Assembly: GCA_964368105.1 (NCBI GenBank)
Contig: CAYJAE010000001.1
Location: forward strand, 1-37,578
Direction of reading: 5' to 3'
DNA from: an uncultured Staphylococcaceae bacterium
GTDB lineage: Bacteria > Bacillota_I > Bacilli_A > RFN20 > CAG-826
Length of the DNA: 37,578 nucleotides
Below the pieces are notes generated by a model that worked only from the letters and a program-made list of their open reading frames with translations, searched no databases and was not told the origin of the DNA. Positions 8,693-17,741 of the stretch are shown piece after piece; within the stretch, counting starts at the first letter, position 1; every line of letters begins with the position of its first letter. The position numbers and the translations under genes were made by a program.

Positions 8693-10312
8693 ATGATTGA
8701 AAAATATTTAAAAGCATTAATCGCCAAAGCAAGCCTTGAATTAGGCTATGAAGTTAGCATTGACCAAATCGTTATTGAAACGAGTAAAGATGAAAAGCAC
8801 GGTGATTTTGCCACAAACATTGCGATGCAACTTGCTCGTACTGTCCGCAAGAATCCCCGAGAAGTAGCAACCCTTTTAGTTAGCAAAATTAATGATAGCG
8901 ATATTGAAAAAATAGAAATAGCTGGCCCTGGTTTTATTAATTTCTTTTTAAAGCCCACTGCTCTTACTAAATATATCCAAACAGTAATTGACGAAGAAGA
9001 AACTTTCGGCAATGGGGAAGCAAAAAACGAAACAATTAATATTGAATTCGTGAGCGCAAACCCGACTGGTAAACTTCACTTAGGCCACGCTCGCGGTGCA
9101 GCGGTTGGCGACACGATGGCGCGACTTTTTAAAAAGTCAGGTTATAACGTCATTAAAGAATTTTATGTAAATGACGCGGGTGTTCAAATTAATAATTTAG
9201 GAAAATCCTTATATGTTCGTTATTTAAACTTATGTGGTGTTAAAGAAGCAATGCCGGAAGACGGTTATTTTAGTGAAGACCTTATTGCAATCGCAAAAAC
9301 ACTAAAAGCGGAAATTGGCGATTCACTCGTTGGTAAAAAAGAAGAAGCAATTAAGTTTTTCTCACTCCGTGGTAGCGAAATACTTTTAAGTATTATTAAA
9401 GATGATTTAGCGGCTTTTCGCGTCATTTTTGATGTATATTCATTTGAAACGAAAGTCCGGAAAGATAATACGATTGAAGACTTACTCCTAAAATTGAAGC
9501 CTTTTTCCTATGTTAGTGAAGGGGCAACATTTTTAAAAACAAGTGAGTTCGGGGATGATAAAGACCGCGTCGTTATTAAAGCAAACGGTGATTATACATA
9601 TTTTTTACCAGACATTGCTTATCACCTTGATAAGTTAAGTCGTGGCGCAGATCTTTTAATTGATTTACTTGGTGCGGACCATCATGGCTATATTGGCCGG
9701 ATGAAAGCAGCTTTACAAATGTTTAAGTATGACGCTTCTGCTTTAGAAGTTGAGATCATTCAACTGGTCCGGATTATTAAAGACGGCGAAGAAATGAAGA
9801 TGAGTAAAAGAACTGGTAACGCAATTACTCTTGAAGAATTAGTGGAAGATATTGGAGTCGACGCAGCGCGTTACTTCTTTATTGCTAAGTCAGCCTCCAC
9901 TCATTTTGACTTTGACTTAGATTTAGCGGGTGAAAAATCAAACGCTAATCCCGTCTTTTATGCCCAATATGCGCACGCTCGCCTTTATTCAGTTTTAGAA
10001 AAAGGTCGTGATTATGGTTTTGATTTCAGCGGAAAACTTTTAAAAGAGGCCGCTGAACTTAATTTAATGAAACAATTAGTGGCTTATCCTGGAATGGTAA
10101 GTGACGCTACTTTGACCCGCGAACCGTACAAAGTCGCTAATTATGTCCAAAAAATTGCAAGTCTCATCCACACCTATTATACGGAGTCGAGGATGCTTGA
10201 CGAGACTAATGTCGCACTCACAAAAGCGCGGCTCGGCTTAGCGAAAGCAGCCCAAATTGTGCTAAAAGATGCATTAAACCTCCTCGGTGTTAATGCCCCA
10301 ACATCAATGTGA
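8693..10312 (+). CDS. argS: Arginine--tRNA ligase
   Basis: Class I motifs: HIGH-type ANPTGKLHLGHARG and KMSKS-type MKMSKRTG. Length is 539 aa. Ends with TGA. Confidence 0.92.
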   Translation: MIEKYLKALIAKASLELGYEVSIDQIVIETSKDEKHGDFATNIAMQLARTVRKNPREVATLLVSKINDSDIEKIEIAGPGFINFFLKPTALTKYIQTVIDEEETFGNGEAKNETINIEFVSANPTGKLHLGHARGAAVGDTMARLFKKSGYNVIKEFYVNDAGVQINNLGKSLYVRYLNLCGVKEAMPEDGYFSEDLIAIAKTLKAEIGDSLVGKKEEAIKFFSLRGSEILLSIIKDDLAAFRVIFDVYSFETKVRKDNTIEDLLLKLKPFSYVSEGATFLKTSEFGDDKDRVVIKANGDYTYFLPDIAYHLDKLSRGADLLIDLLGADHHGYIGRMKAALQMFKYDASALEVEIIQLVRIIKDGEEMKMSKRTGNAITLEELVEDIGVDAARYFFIAKSASTHFDFDLDLAGEKSNANPVFYAQYAHARLYSVLEKGRDYGFDFSGKLLKEAAELNLMKQLVAYPGMVSDATLTREPYKVANYVQKIASLIHTYYTESRMLDETNVALTKARLGLAKAAQIVLKDALNLLGVNAPTSM

Positions 10313-10325
10313 AAGGAAAATTAAA

Positions 10326-10694
10326 ATGAAAAAAAGAACAAACATTGAAATTGCCTATGATTTACTAAAAGACAAAGGAGGTTCCTTATCATTCATCGAT
10401 TTATGGCAAAAAATTGTCAATGAACATGAATATAGTGAAGCCCAAGGACATGAGGAAATTTCCAAATTTTACACCCTATTAATTATGGATGGTCGCTTTG
10501 TTAATCTTGGCGATAACGTCTGGACCTTACGTGAATTTGTCCCATTTGACGAAATTGAATTACAACTTAGCGAAGTATATTCGGATATCGAAGAAGGTGA
10601 CGAAGAAGACGAAGAAGAAGCCCAAGAAATTTCTTATTTTGAAGAGGAAGATTCTGAAGAAATTAAACCCGCCCCAGAAGGCGACGATAAATAG
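10326..10694 (+). CDS. rpoE: DNA-directed RNA polymerase delta subunit
   Basis: The N-terminal domain carries [24 protein letters not shown], matching the FYT.L..DGRF...W.LR pattern of Bacillus RpoE. The C-terminal tail is strongly acidic. The start is moved to ATG 10326, 6-7 nt after GAAAGGAAA. Confidence 0.85.
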   Translation: MKKRTNIEIAYDLLKDKGGSLSFIDLWQKIVNEHEYSEAQGHEEISKFYTLLIMDGRFVNLGDNVWTLREFVPFDEIELQLSEVYSDIEEGDEEDEEEAQEISYFEEEDSEEIKPAPEGDDK

Positions 10695-10711
10695 AGAAAA
10701 GGAGAATTATT

Positions 10712-11569
10712 ATGCCGTTAGTTAGTATGAAAGAAATGCTTATTAAAGCAAACAAAGAAAAGTATGCCGTCGGTCAATTCAATACAAACAATCTTGAATG
10801 GACAATGGCGATTCTTGATGAAGTAGAAGCCCTTAAGTCCCCAGTTATTATCGGGGTTAGTGAAGGCGCAGCCCGTCATATGGGTGGCTTTAATGTTGTA
10901 GTCCATGTCGTCAAAGGATTAATTATTGATCGTGGTTACACCGTTCCAATTGCTATTCACCTAGACCACGGAAGTAGCGAAGAAGCTTGTAAGAAAGCAA
11001 TTGACGCTGGCTTTACCTCCGTTATGATTGACGCAAGTCACCACCCATTTAAAGAAAACCTTGAAATTACTAAACGGGTTGTTGAATACGCACACGCCCG
11101 TGGTGTCAGTGTTGAAAGTGAACTTGGCAGCATTGGTGGCCAAGAAGAACACGTTATTGCTGAAACAATGTACGCAAATCCTGCTGAATGTTTAGAAATG
11201 GTTAAAACAACTGGAATTGACTGTTTAGCTCCAGCCCTTGGCAGTGTCCACGGACCATATAAAGGCGAACCTAAATTAGGGTTTGACGAAATGGAACACA
11301 TTAACAAACTTTGTGGTGTCCCACTTGTCCTTCATGGTGGAAGTGGTATTCCTGATTTCCAAATCAAGAAAGCCATTGAACGCGGAACCGCTAAAATTAA
11401 TGTAAATACTGAATGTCAACAATATTTCACCAAAGCAGTGCGTGAAGTATTAAATAACGACCTTAAAGTATACGACCCACGTAAATATATTGTCCCCGGC
11501 ATGAAAGGAATTAAGTCCGTCGTTCGGGAAAAATGTGAAGTTTTCGGATCAGTCGGCAAAGCTTCTTAA
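10712..11569 (+). CDS. fba: Class II fructose-bisphosphate aldolase
   Basis: Carries [32 protein letters not shown] and LVLHGGSG, typical of FbaA-type class II aldolases. AAGGAGA lies upstream. Confidence 0.92.
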   Translation: MPLVSMKEMLIKANKEKYAVGQFNTNNLEWTMAILDEVEALKSPVIIGVSEGAARHMGGFNVVVHVVKGLIIDRGYTVPIAIHLDHGSSEEACKKAIDAGFTSVMIDASHHPFKENLEITKRVVEYAHARGVSVESELGSIGGQEEHVIAETMYANPAECLEMVKTTGIDCLAPALGSVHGPYKGEPKLGFDEMEHINKLCGVPLVLHGGSGIPDFQIKKAIERGTAKINVNTECQQYFTKAVREVLNNDLKVYDPRKYIVPGMKGIKSVVREKCEVFGSVGKAS

Positions 11570-11571
11570 CT

Positions 11572-12504
11572 GTGTTTGGTCCATTAACTGACTTTATTAA
11601 ACGTCATCAAGTTATTACGATTTTTTCCCATATTTATCCTGATGGTGACGCGATTGGGAGTATGGTTGGAATTCAAGAAATTATTAAAACAAATTTTCCT
11701 GAGAAGGAAGTTTATGTTGTTGCTGTAAATAAAGAACCGTTTTTAACGATTCTTGGTCCGTTTGAGACTGTGAGTGAGGAAACAATTAGTAAAAGTGCCG
11801 CGCTGGTCGTTGATATTGCTAACGCTGACCGTGTTTCTGATCAACGTTTCAAATTAGCCCAAGATTCTTTTAAAGTTGATCATCATGTTTTTGTCGAAAA
11901 TTTCACAAAAGAAGAAATTGTCAACACGAAGCGGATTGCGGCTTGTGAAATACTTGGCGAATATTTAATTAGTGAAAACTTAAAGATTAGCAAGCGTGGC
12001 GCAACCGCGCTTGCCCTTGGTATTACGACTGATTCTGGCCGTTTTGTTTATGACTTAACGAGTGCTTTAACTTTTAAAATAATGAGTCACCTTCTTGAAC
12101 AAGGAGCGGACTTTAAGTTTATTAATGATGTCTTAGGCAGAAGAAAACTCGATGGACTTAAAACACGAGGCTTTTTTATGCTTAAGTATGAGACCTATAA
12201 AGACGTAATTTATATTTCGTTAACTAAGGAAGAATTAGATAATCTTTCGCTTACTTTTAGTGATGGAAGTCAATTTATTAATCTTTATGCAGGTTACGAA
12301 GGCTACCCTAGTTGGGCAACCTTCTTTAGCGATGAAAACGGGGTTGTTTACTGCGAATTGCGGTCGAAATCACGTAATGTCCAAAAAGTCGCTCGTTCAT
12401 TTGGGGGCGGAGGCCACTTAAAAGCAAGTGGTTGTCGCTTAGAAAGTAAGGAAGAAATAATTAAAGTTTTAGAAGCTTTAGTTAATGCTGAGGAAATAGA
12501 ATAA
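11572..12504 (+). CDS. nrnA: DHH/DHHA1 phosphoesterase, NrnA-like nanoRNase / pAp phosphatase
   Basis: DHH motifs HIYPDGDAIGS, DHH at VDHHVF and the DHHA1 motif GGGGHLKASG. The GTG start lies 2 nt after the fba stop. Confidence 0.72.
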   Translation: MFGPLTDFIKRHQVITIFSHIYPDGDAIGSMVGIQEIIKTNFPEKEVYVVAVNKEPFLTILGPFETVSEETISKSAALVVDIANADRVSDQRFKLAQDSFKVDHHVFVENFTKEEIVNTKRIAACEILGEYLISENLKISKRGATALALGITTDSGRFVYDLTSALTFKIMSHLLEQGADFKFINDVLGRRKLDGLKTRGFFMLKYETYKDVIYISLTKEELDNLSLTFSDGSQFINLYAGYEGYPSWATFFSDENGVVYCELRSKSRNVQKVARSFGGGGHLKASGCRLESKEEIIKVLEALVNAEEIE

Positions 12505-13283
12505 TGTATGAAAAAGAACTAGCGGCAGCGCTTGAAGCGTGTCGGATTGCTAATAAAATCATTCTTGATGTTTATCATCAAAATTTTGATGTTGAAATTA
12601 AAGAAGATGATTCCCCGGTGACGATTGCCGATAAGAAGGCAGACGCTGCAATTCGTGCTTATTTAGGTCCTCTTTTCCCTTCCTATCACTTTTTAACTGA
12701 AGAAGGAGTCGATAATAGCGCACGGTTAACCGCTCCTTATGTTTGGATTATTGATCCGCTTGACGGAACAAAGGACTTTATTAATCGTGACGACGAATTT
12801 AGTGTTTGTGTTGCCTTAAGTTATAAAGGTGACATTGTGGTAGGCGCAATTAGCGCTCCGGTCACTGGGGACTTGTATTACGCGACGCTTAATGGTGGAG
12901 CTTTCCATCTTTCGCCTTCGGGAGACGTTAAAGCGTTGCACGTTAGTGATAAGACTAGTGAAATTACCGCGGTCGCTTCTCGCTATCACCGCCGGAATAA
13001 TGAAAATGATTATTTTGAACGCAATAATGATCTTATTACTCGGGTTGTGACGATTGGTTCAACTTTAAAAGCCATTGCGATTGCAAAAGGTGAAGCTGAA
13101 CTTGTCTTTCGGGGCAGTCCCGGCACTAAAGAGTGGGACATTGCGGCAAGTGACTTAATTGTAACTGAAGCTGGCGGTTTGTTTTTAAAACCAAACGGCG
13201 AAAAAATTAAATATAACAAAGTTGATGTTCGTAATCTTGACGGCTATATTATCGTTAACCGAAAGGAGAATATTCGCTTATGA
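12504..13283 (+). CDS. Inositol monophosphatase-family phosphatase, CysQ/SuhB-like
   Basis: Motifs DDSPVTIADKKAD, LTEEG, WIIDPLDGTKDF and EWDIAASDLIVTEAGG. There is a TAATG overlap with the upstream gene. Confidence 0.75.
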   Translation: MYEKELAAALEACRIANKIILDVYHQNFDVEIKEDDSPVTIADKKADAAIRAYLGPLFPSYHFLTEEGVDNSARLTAPYVWIIDPLDGTKDFINRDDEFSVCVALSYKGDIVVGAISAPVTGDLYYATLNGGAFHLSPSGDVKALHVSDKTSEITAVASRYHRRNNENDYFERNNDLITRVVTIGSTLKAIAIAKGEAELVFRGSPGTKEWDIAASDLIVTEAGGLFLKPNGEKIKYNKVDVRNLDGYIIVNRKENIRL

Positions 13284-14752
13284 AAAAAAGAGTTACTTTA
13301 TTATTACCACTTTTTGCGCTTCTTGTTTCAAGTTGCACAAAAACTCCCGCTAAATTAGAATATGATACTTTCGACTATAGCGGACAAAATGTCGTCGTGG
13401 ATAATGACGGCTATACATTAATTGATTTTTATACGCTTAATGATTTTCATGGAGCCTTAAATTACGAAGTTGACGCTACCTTACCTGGTATTAGTAAAAT
13501 GAATACGTTCCTTAAAGAAAAAAGAAATGCAAACCCAGGCGGAACAGTCCTCATTGCTAATGGCGACATGTGGCAAGGAAGTGCGGACTCAAATTTAAGC
13601 CAAGGTAAAATGGTGACACATGCCTTAAACCATATGGCTTATGACGCCTTTATTTTTGGTAATCACGAATTTGACTGGAAAGTTGAGACAATTAAAAGTA
13701 ATAAAACAATCTCTAATTTTCCATATTTAGGCGCTAACATTATTGAAAAAGCAACGGGAGAAGTAGCAGACTTTGTTGACGATTCACTTTTGTTTGAACG
13801 AGGCGGAGTTAATATCGGAATTATTGGTGTAATTGGGAGTGATTTAGAAAGAACAATTCAATCAAGTTTAATCGATGGGTTAGAGTTTGATAAAATTACT
13901 GATTACGTAACTGAAGAGGCAAGTGCTTTACGGGAAAAAGGTGCGGATATTGTTGTTTTAGCGTCTCACGACACATGGATAACTGACGCCGGAAACAGTG
14001 AAAAAGCTCCGATTCTCAATGATAAAGTAGTTGACGCTATTTTTACTGGTCATCAACATGTTAATAATAAGCAAGTAATTAATGGTATTCCCGTCCTTCA
14101 AGCCCGTGCCTACGGACGTGACGTACAACATGTTCAATTTGCCTTTCATAAAGATAGTAAAGACTTAAAAATAAATGATTCGGAAATTATTGAAAATATT
14201 GCTAATTTAGAGTTAAGTGAAGACGAAACAACCAAAGATATTTTTGATTATTTTTATCAAGAATATAACATTGCAAAGGTTAAAAATGAAGTTTTAACAA
14301 AGCTTGTGAAAGATTCAATGAACCGTTCTGCAATTGCTAATCTAATAATTGAAGTGATGACGAAGAAGTATGTAATCGACGGAGTGGAATATAAACCAGT
14401 CGGCGCTATGCATAACGTCACTGGCGGGATTAGAGGTGAATTCAATTTAGGCAAGATAAGGTACGAAGATGTTTATAAGGCTTTTCCTTTTGATAACGAA
14501 ATATATCTTGTTTCAATTCGAGGATCACGGCTTAAAGAATTTCGAAGTGGTAATTTTGCTTATTACTGGACAACTCCGCAGCGTCAATTACTCGATAATG
14601 AGTACTACCAAATAGCCACAACGAACTTTGTCTACGAATTAGGTGATTCACCGTTTAATAATGATTCTTTTGTTAATACATTTGAATATCCACGTGATGT
14701 CCTTGCGACTTATTTACGTAGCATTAAAAAACTCGACGGAAGCAAGTATTAA
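13280..14752 (+). CDS. Lipoprotein 5'-nucleotidase / metallophosphoesterase (UshA/YfkN-like)
   Basis: Signal peptide with lipobox LLVSSC. Metallophosphatase motifs NDFHG, GDMWQGS, GNHEFD and TGHQH. The C-terminal nucleotidase-type segment is YKAFPFDNE. There is an ATGA overlap with the upstream gene. Confidence 0.75.
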   Translation: MKKRVTLLLPLFALLVSSCTKTPAKLEYDTFDYSGQNVVVDNDGYTLIDFYTLNDFHGALNYEVDATLPGISKMNTFLKEKRNANPGGTVLIANGDMWQGSADSNLSQGKMVTHALNHMAYDAFIFGNHEFDWKVETIKSNKTISNFPYLGANIIEKATGEVADFVDDSLLFERGGVNIGIIGVIGSDLERTIQSSLIDGLEFDKITDYVTEEASALREKGADIVVLASHDTWITDAGNSEKAPILNDKVVDAIFTGHQHVNNKQVINGIPVLQARAYGRDVQHVQFAFHKDSKDLKINDSEIIENIANLELSEDETTKDIFDYFYQEYNIAKVKNEVLTKLVKDSMNRSAIANLIIEVMTKKYVIDGVEYKPVGAMHNVTGGIRGEFNLGKIRYEDVYKAFPFDNEIYLVSIRGSRLKEFRSGNFAYYWTTPQRQLLDNEYYQIATTNFVYELGDSPFNNDSFVNTFEYPRDVLATYLRSIKKLDGSKY

Positions 14753-14755
14753 ATA

Positions 14756-16207
14756 ATGAAAATAACAAAGGGAATTTGGTTTGTCCTACTTTTAGCACTT
14801 ACTGGTTGTAAAAATGATAATAGTAGTTCAAGTAGTGACTCAGGCAGCCAAAGTAGCGGTCCTTCCACAAGTGAAAATAATTCAAAAGTTGCCAAACTAC
14901 AATTTTTAGCAATTAATGATTTTCACGGTGCAATTAGTGAAAACAAAGATGCTGGGGAGCCGGGAATTTTTAAACTAGCTTCTTACATTAAAGATGTTGA
15001 TCAAAAGAGTAAGGCTTCTCTCATTAAAATTAACGTTGGGGACTATTGGCAAGGAAGCGCTGATTCAAATCTTAATCGTGGTAAATTCTTAACCGAAGTT
15101 GGTAATGTCCTTGGTTTTCATGCAATGACCCTTGGCAATCATGAGTTTGATTGGATGGATACTCATATTAAAGAAAACAAAGAATTTGCGAAGTATCCCT
15201 TCTTAGGCGCAAACATTATTAATAAGACAACAAAGCAATTAGCGACTAATATTGTTAGTTATGACGACACTTTTAAAAATAGCGTAATAGTTGAGAAAAA
15301 CGGCGTAAATGTCGGCATTATCGGCACAATTGGCAGTAGTTTAGAGAGTTCAATTCTTGCCGCTGCAGTCGCAAATTACTCCTTTGAACCAGTCGATAAA
15401 TACATCCGCAGTGAAGCCGCGAATCTTCGGAATTTAGGCGCAGATGTGATTGTCCTTTCAACGCACGATACACTAAAAGGCGGAGCAGGGGAATACTCCT
15501 CCGTTATTAATGATAAAGTTGTTGATCTTATTTTTTCTGGTCACCAACACGCGACTGATAATAAAGTGATTAATGGTGTGCCGATTCTTCAAACGAATGG
15601 TAACGGCAAACAAGTCATGGAAGTTAGCGCTACTTATAACTTTGATACTAAAGAGTTTAAAGTAAGTGACCGTTATTTAACGGACTCTTCAGAAATAATA
15701 AATAAATACAAAGAAGACGCGGAAGTTAGGGCGCTTTTTGACGATAAATATGTTCCAGATATGAAAGAAATAAGAGATGAAGTAATTGGTAACTTACTAT
15801 ATCAATTAGATGAGTATAGTCTTGCCGAGTTAGCCGTTGATTTACTCCATAATTATGGTGTTACTGAACTGGGGTACGATTCTTCATCTTTAGTTAGTGT
15901 TCATAACACGGGCGGTGTACGGGCGAGTATTGGTCCTGGAGTCATTACTTATGGTGATGTTTATAAAGCTTTTCCTTTTGATAATGAAGTTAGAGTTATT
16001 GAAAACATCAGCGGTAGTAATCTTGATTCTTTTATTAGTTATCATGTCGCATCGAACCGTAATATTTCCTCTAACAAAACATACAATTTAATTACAATTG
16101 ATTATTTAAGTACATATGAAAAAGCAGTGACAGCAAAAATGGACCAAATACCAACTGGTCAATTTGTGCGTGAACTTATTGCCGAATATTTTAGAAACCA
16201 AAAATAG
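14756..16207 (+). CDS. Lipoprotein 5'-nucleotidase / metallophosphoesterase, paralogue of the preceding gene
   Basis: Lipobox LALTGC followed by a Ser-rich linker. Carries the same motif set (NDFHG, GDYWQGSADSNL, GNHEFDW, SGHQH, YKAFPFDNE) and aligns collinearly with 13280-14752. Confidence 0.75.
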   Translation: MKITKGIWFVLLLALTGCKNDNSSSSSDSGSQSSGPSTSENNSKVAKLQFLAINDFHGAISENKDAGEPGIFKLASYIKDVDQKSKASLIKINVGDYWQGSADSNLNRGKFLTEVGNVLGFHAMTLGNHEFDWMDTHIKENKEFAKYPFLGANIINKTTKQLATNIVSYDDTFKNSVIVEKNGVNVGIIGTIGSSLESSILAAAVANYSFEPVDKYIRSEAANLRNLGADVIVLSTHDTLKGGAGEYSSVINDKVVDLIFSGHQHATDNKVINGVPILQTNGNGKQVMEVSATYNFDTKEFKVSDRYLTDSSEIINKYKEDAEVRALFDDKYVPDMKEIRDEVIGNLLYQLDEYSLAELAVDLLHNYGVTELGYDSSSLVSVHNTGGVRASIGPGVITYGDVYKAFPFDNEVRVIENISGSNLDSFISYHVASNRNISSNKTYNLITIDYLSTYEKAVTAKMDQIPTGQFVRELIAEYFRNQK

Positions 16208-16214
16208 TTAATTA

Positions 16215-16451
16215 TTAAACGAGCATAACGCCGATGACACCAGGAACTTCTTCGAGGAGTAATTCTTCAATGCCGTATTCTAGCGTTTCATCGACAAAAG
16301 CGCAGCCGTCACATGCGCCGGTTAATTTTAAATAAACAAAGCCATCTTCAAAGCGGACAAATTCAATGTCACCACCATGGCTTCTAATATATGGTCTAAT
16401 CCGGTTAAGTAGGACCTTAATCGTGTTTTCTGTTTGTATTAAATCTTCCAT
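16215..16451 (-). CDS. NifU C-terminal-domain (Nfu-type) Fe-S cluster protein
   Basis: 78 aa with IRPYIRSHGGDIEFV, the CxxC motif GACDGCA and LLEEVPGV, as in Bacillus YutI-like proteins. Confidence 0.8.
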   Translation of the reverse strand: MEDLIQTENTIKVLLNRIRPYIRSHGGDIEFVRFEDGFVYLKLTGACDGCAFVDETLEYGIEELLLEEVPGVIGVMLV

Positions 16452-16519
16452 GCAATAAGTATATCAAAATTGCTCATTTATGGGCTAAAAAAGACTTGGA
16501 AAGAAGTGGACTAATGCTA

Positions 16520-16550
16520 AAAAAATCCCCCAAACATAGTTGGAGGATTT
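16520..16550 (-). terminator. Rho-independent terminator after the 344-aa lipoprotein gene
   Basis: Minus strand reads AATCCTCCAA-ctatgt-TTGGGGGATT followed by TTTTT. The stem is 10 bp with one G-U pair. Confidence 0.65.
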
Positions 16551-16575
16551 ATGCTGTTTATTAAGTATCTAATAG

Positions 16576-17610
16576 TTATTCTTCTATGTCATACCAAGCA
16601 GGAAGAAAAACATAGTCATCAAAACTTGGGAAAGTAATGTTAACGGCTTCATTGATTTTCACACTAAGGTCTGCCTTACCTTTAATTGTCGTTGTTTCAG
16701 TGGCCACATCGGTGTAAGTATTGAAGTCTTCGTTCCAGGCACTATAATAAGAATTCATATCTATATCAAGGTCAATGGTTAAGCCACTAATAAAGCCGGT
16801 TTTGCTAATGACAAACGTGATTAGCGCTTTTCGAAACACTAATGAACGGTCAACTTCAGCTTTAAACTCGGAAATTATTGTTGCTATTTCTTGTGAGGTA
16901 AGGGAAGCAAAACCTTCTTGGCTTTGGAGTACTTTTAAGTAGATTTTAACAACATCAGCAGTTTCTATTTCATATTTAACGGTTAGGACATCATTCTTTT
17001 CTGTAGCGGTTACTTTTCCGATGAGGTTAAGTAAATCGATTAGGTTTAACCCATTTTGCTCTTCGCTCGGTAATTCTTCTGGTAATGACACACCTAGTAA
17101 ATCTTCTAATTGTTCGGCAATTGATTCAATTCCCGGGAATGGACCAGCTTCCATCTTTTGTTTTTGTTTAAGTGATTCAGTTAGACCTGTATACCCATTA
17201 TAATTACTAGATTCTAAATTTAAATAGCCAAAATTATCGACGTAATAGAGACCAACGCTTCCACTCATTTCATCTTGCTTAACATTTTCATTGAAGTTTG
17301 CAATGGTTGCGGAACCCTCGATTGCAATTTGAGCGGTCCCTTTATCAAGATCTTTTGCTTTAACTGAACCATCAGCGGCTATTTCAATCCGATTATTTTC
17401 GGTAGGAGAACCATTTATATACTTAAGTGTAGTGGTTACTGATGCATCAACCGCGGCTGTTAATTCAATGGACTTGATTGGTTCAGATGACGTTTTTTCA
17501 AGAGCGTCAACAACCCGGGCGTTTGCCTTTTCAGGCGCTATTTTCCCACCGCCACAACTGACTAAACCAACAAGTAGTAGTGGTAATAATATAATTTTTC
17601 TTAGTTTCAT
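16576..17610 (-). CDS. Acidic lipoprotein of unknown function (344 aa)
   Basis: Signal peptide with lipobox LVGLVSCGGG. AAGGGGG lies upstream. No motif recognised. Confidence 0.6.
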   Translation of the reverse strand: MKLRKIILLPLLLVGLVSCGGGKIAPEKANARVVDALEKTSSEPIKSIELTAAVDASVTTTLKYINGSPTENNRIEIAADGSVKAKDLDKGTAQIAIEGSATIANFNENVKQDEMSGSVGLYYVDNFGYLNLESSNYNGYTGLTESLKQKQKMEAGPFPGIESIAEQLEDLLGVSLPEELPSEEQNGLNLIDLLNLIGKVTATEKNDVLTVKYEIETADVVKIYLKVLQSQEGFASLTSQEIATIISEFKAEVDRSLVFRKALITFVISKTGFISGLTIDLDIDMNSYYSAWNEDFNTYTDVATETTTIKGKADLSVKINEAVNITFPSFDDYVFLPAWYDIEE

Positions 17611-17741
17611 ATTTATATTTGCCCCCTTTATACATTTATAGTATATGTTAAAAATGAATTAATATGTATTTCCAAAGTAAAATATTAAATAAAACGACAA
17701 ATTGCGGTTAAATAAATAAGTGGAAGAAAATGTAAAATACT

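Noticed and set aside
10489-10725. A Lys-rich 78-aa ORF in the +1 frame over the end of rpoE.
   Set aside because: It is the frame-shifted reading of the GAA/GAT-rich acidic tail of the delta subunit (GAAGAA read as AAGAAG). It has no independent start signals.
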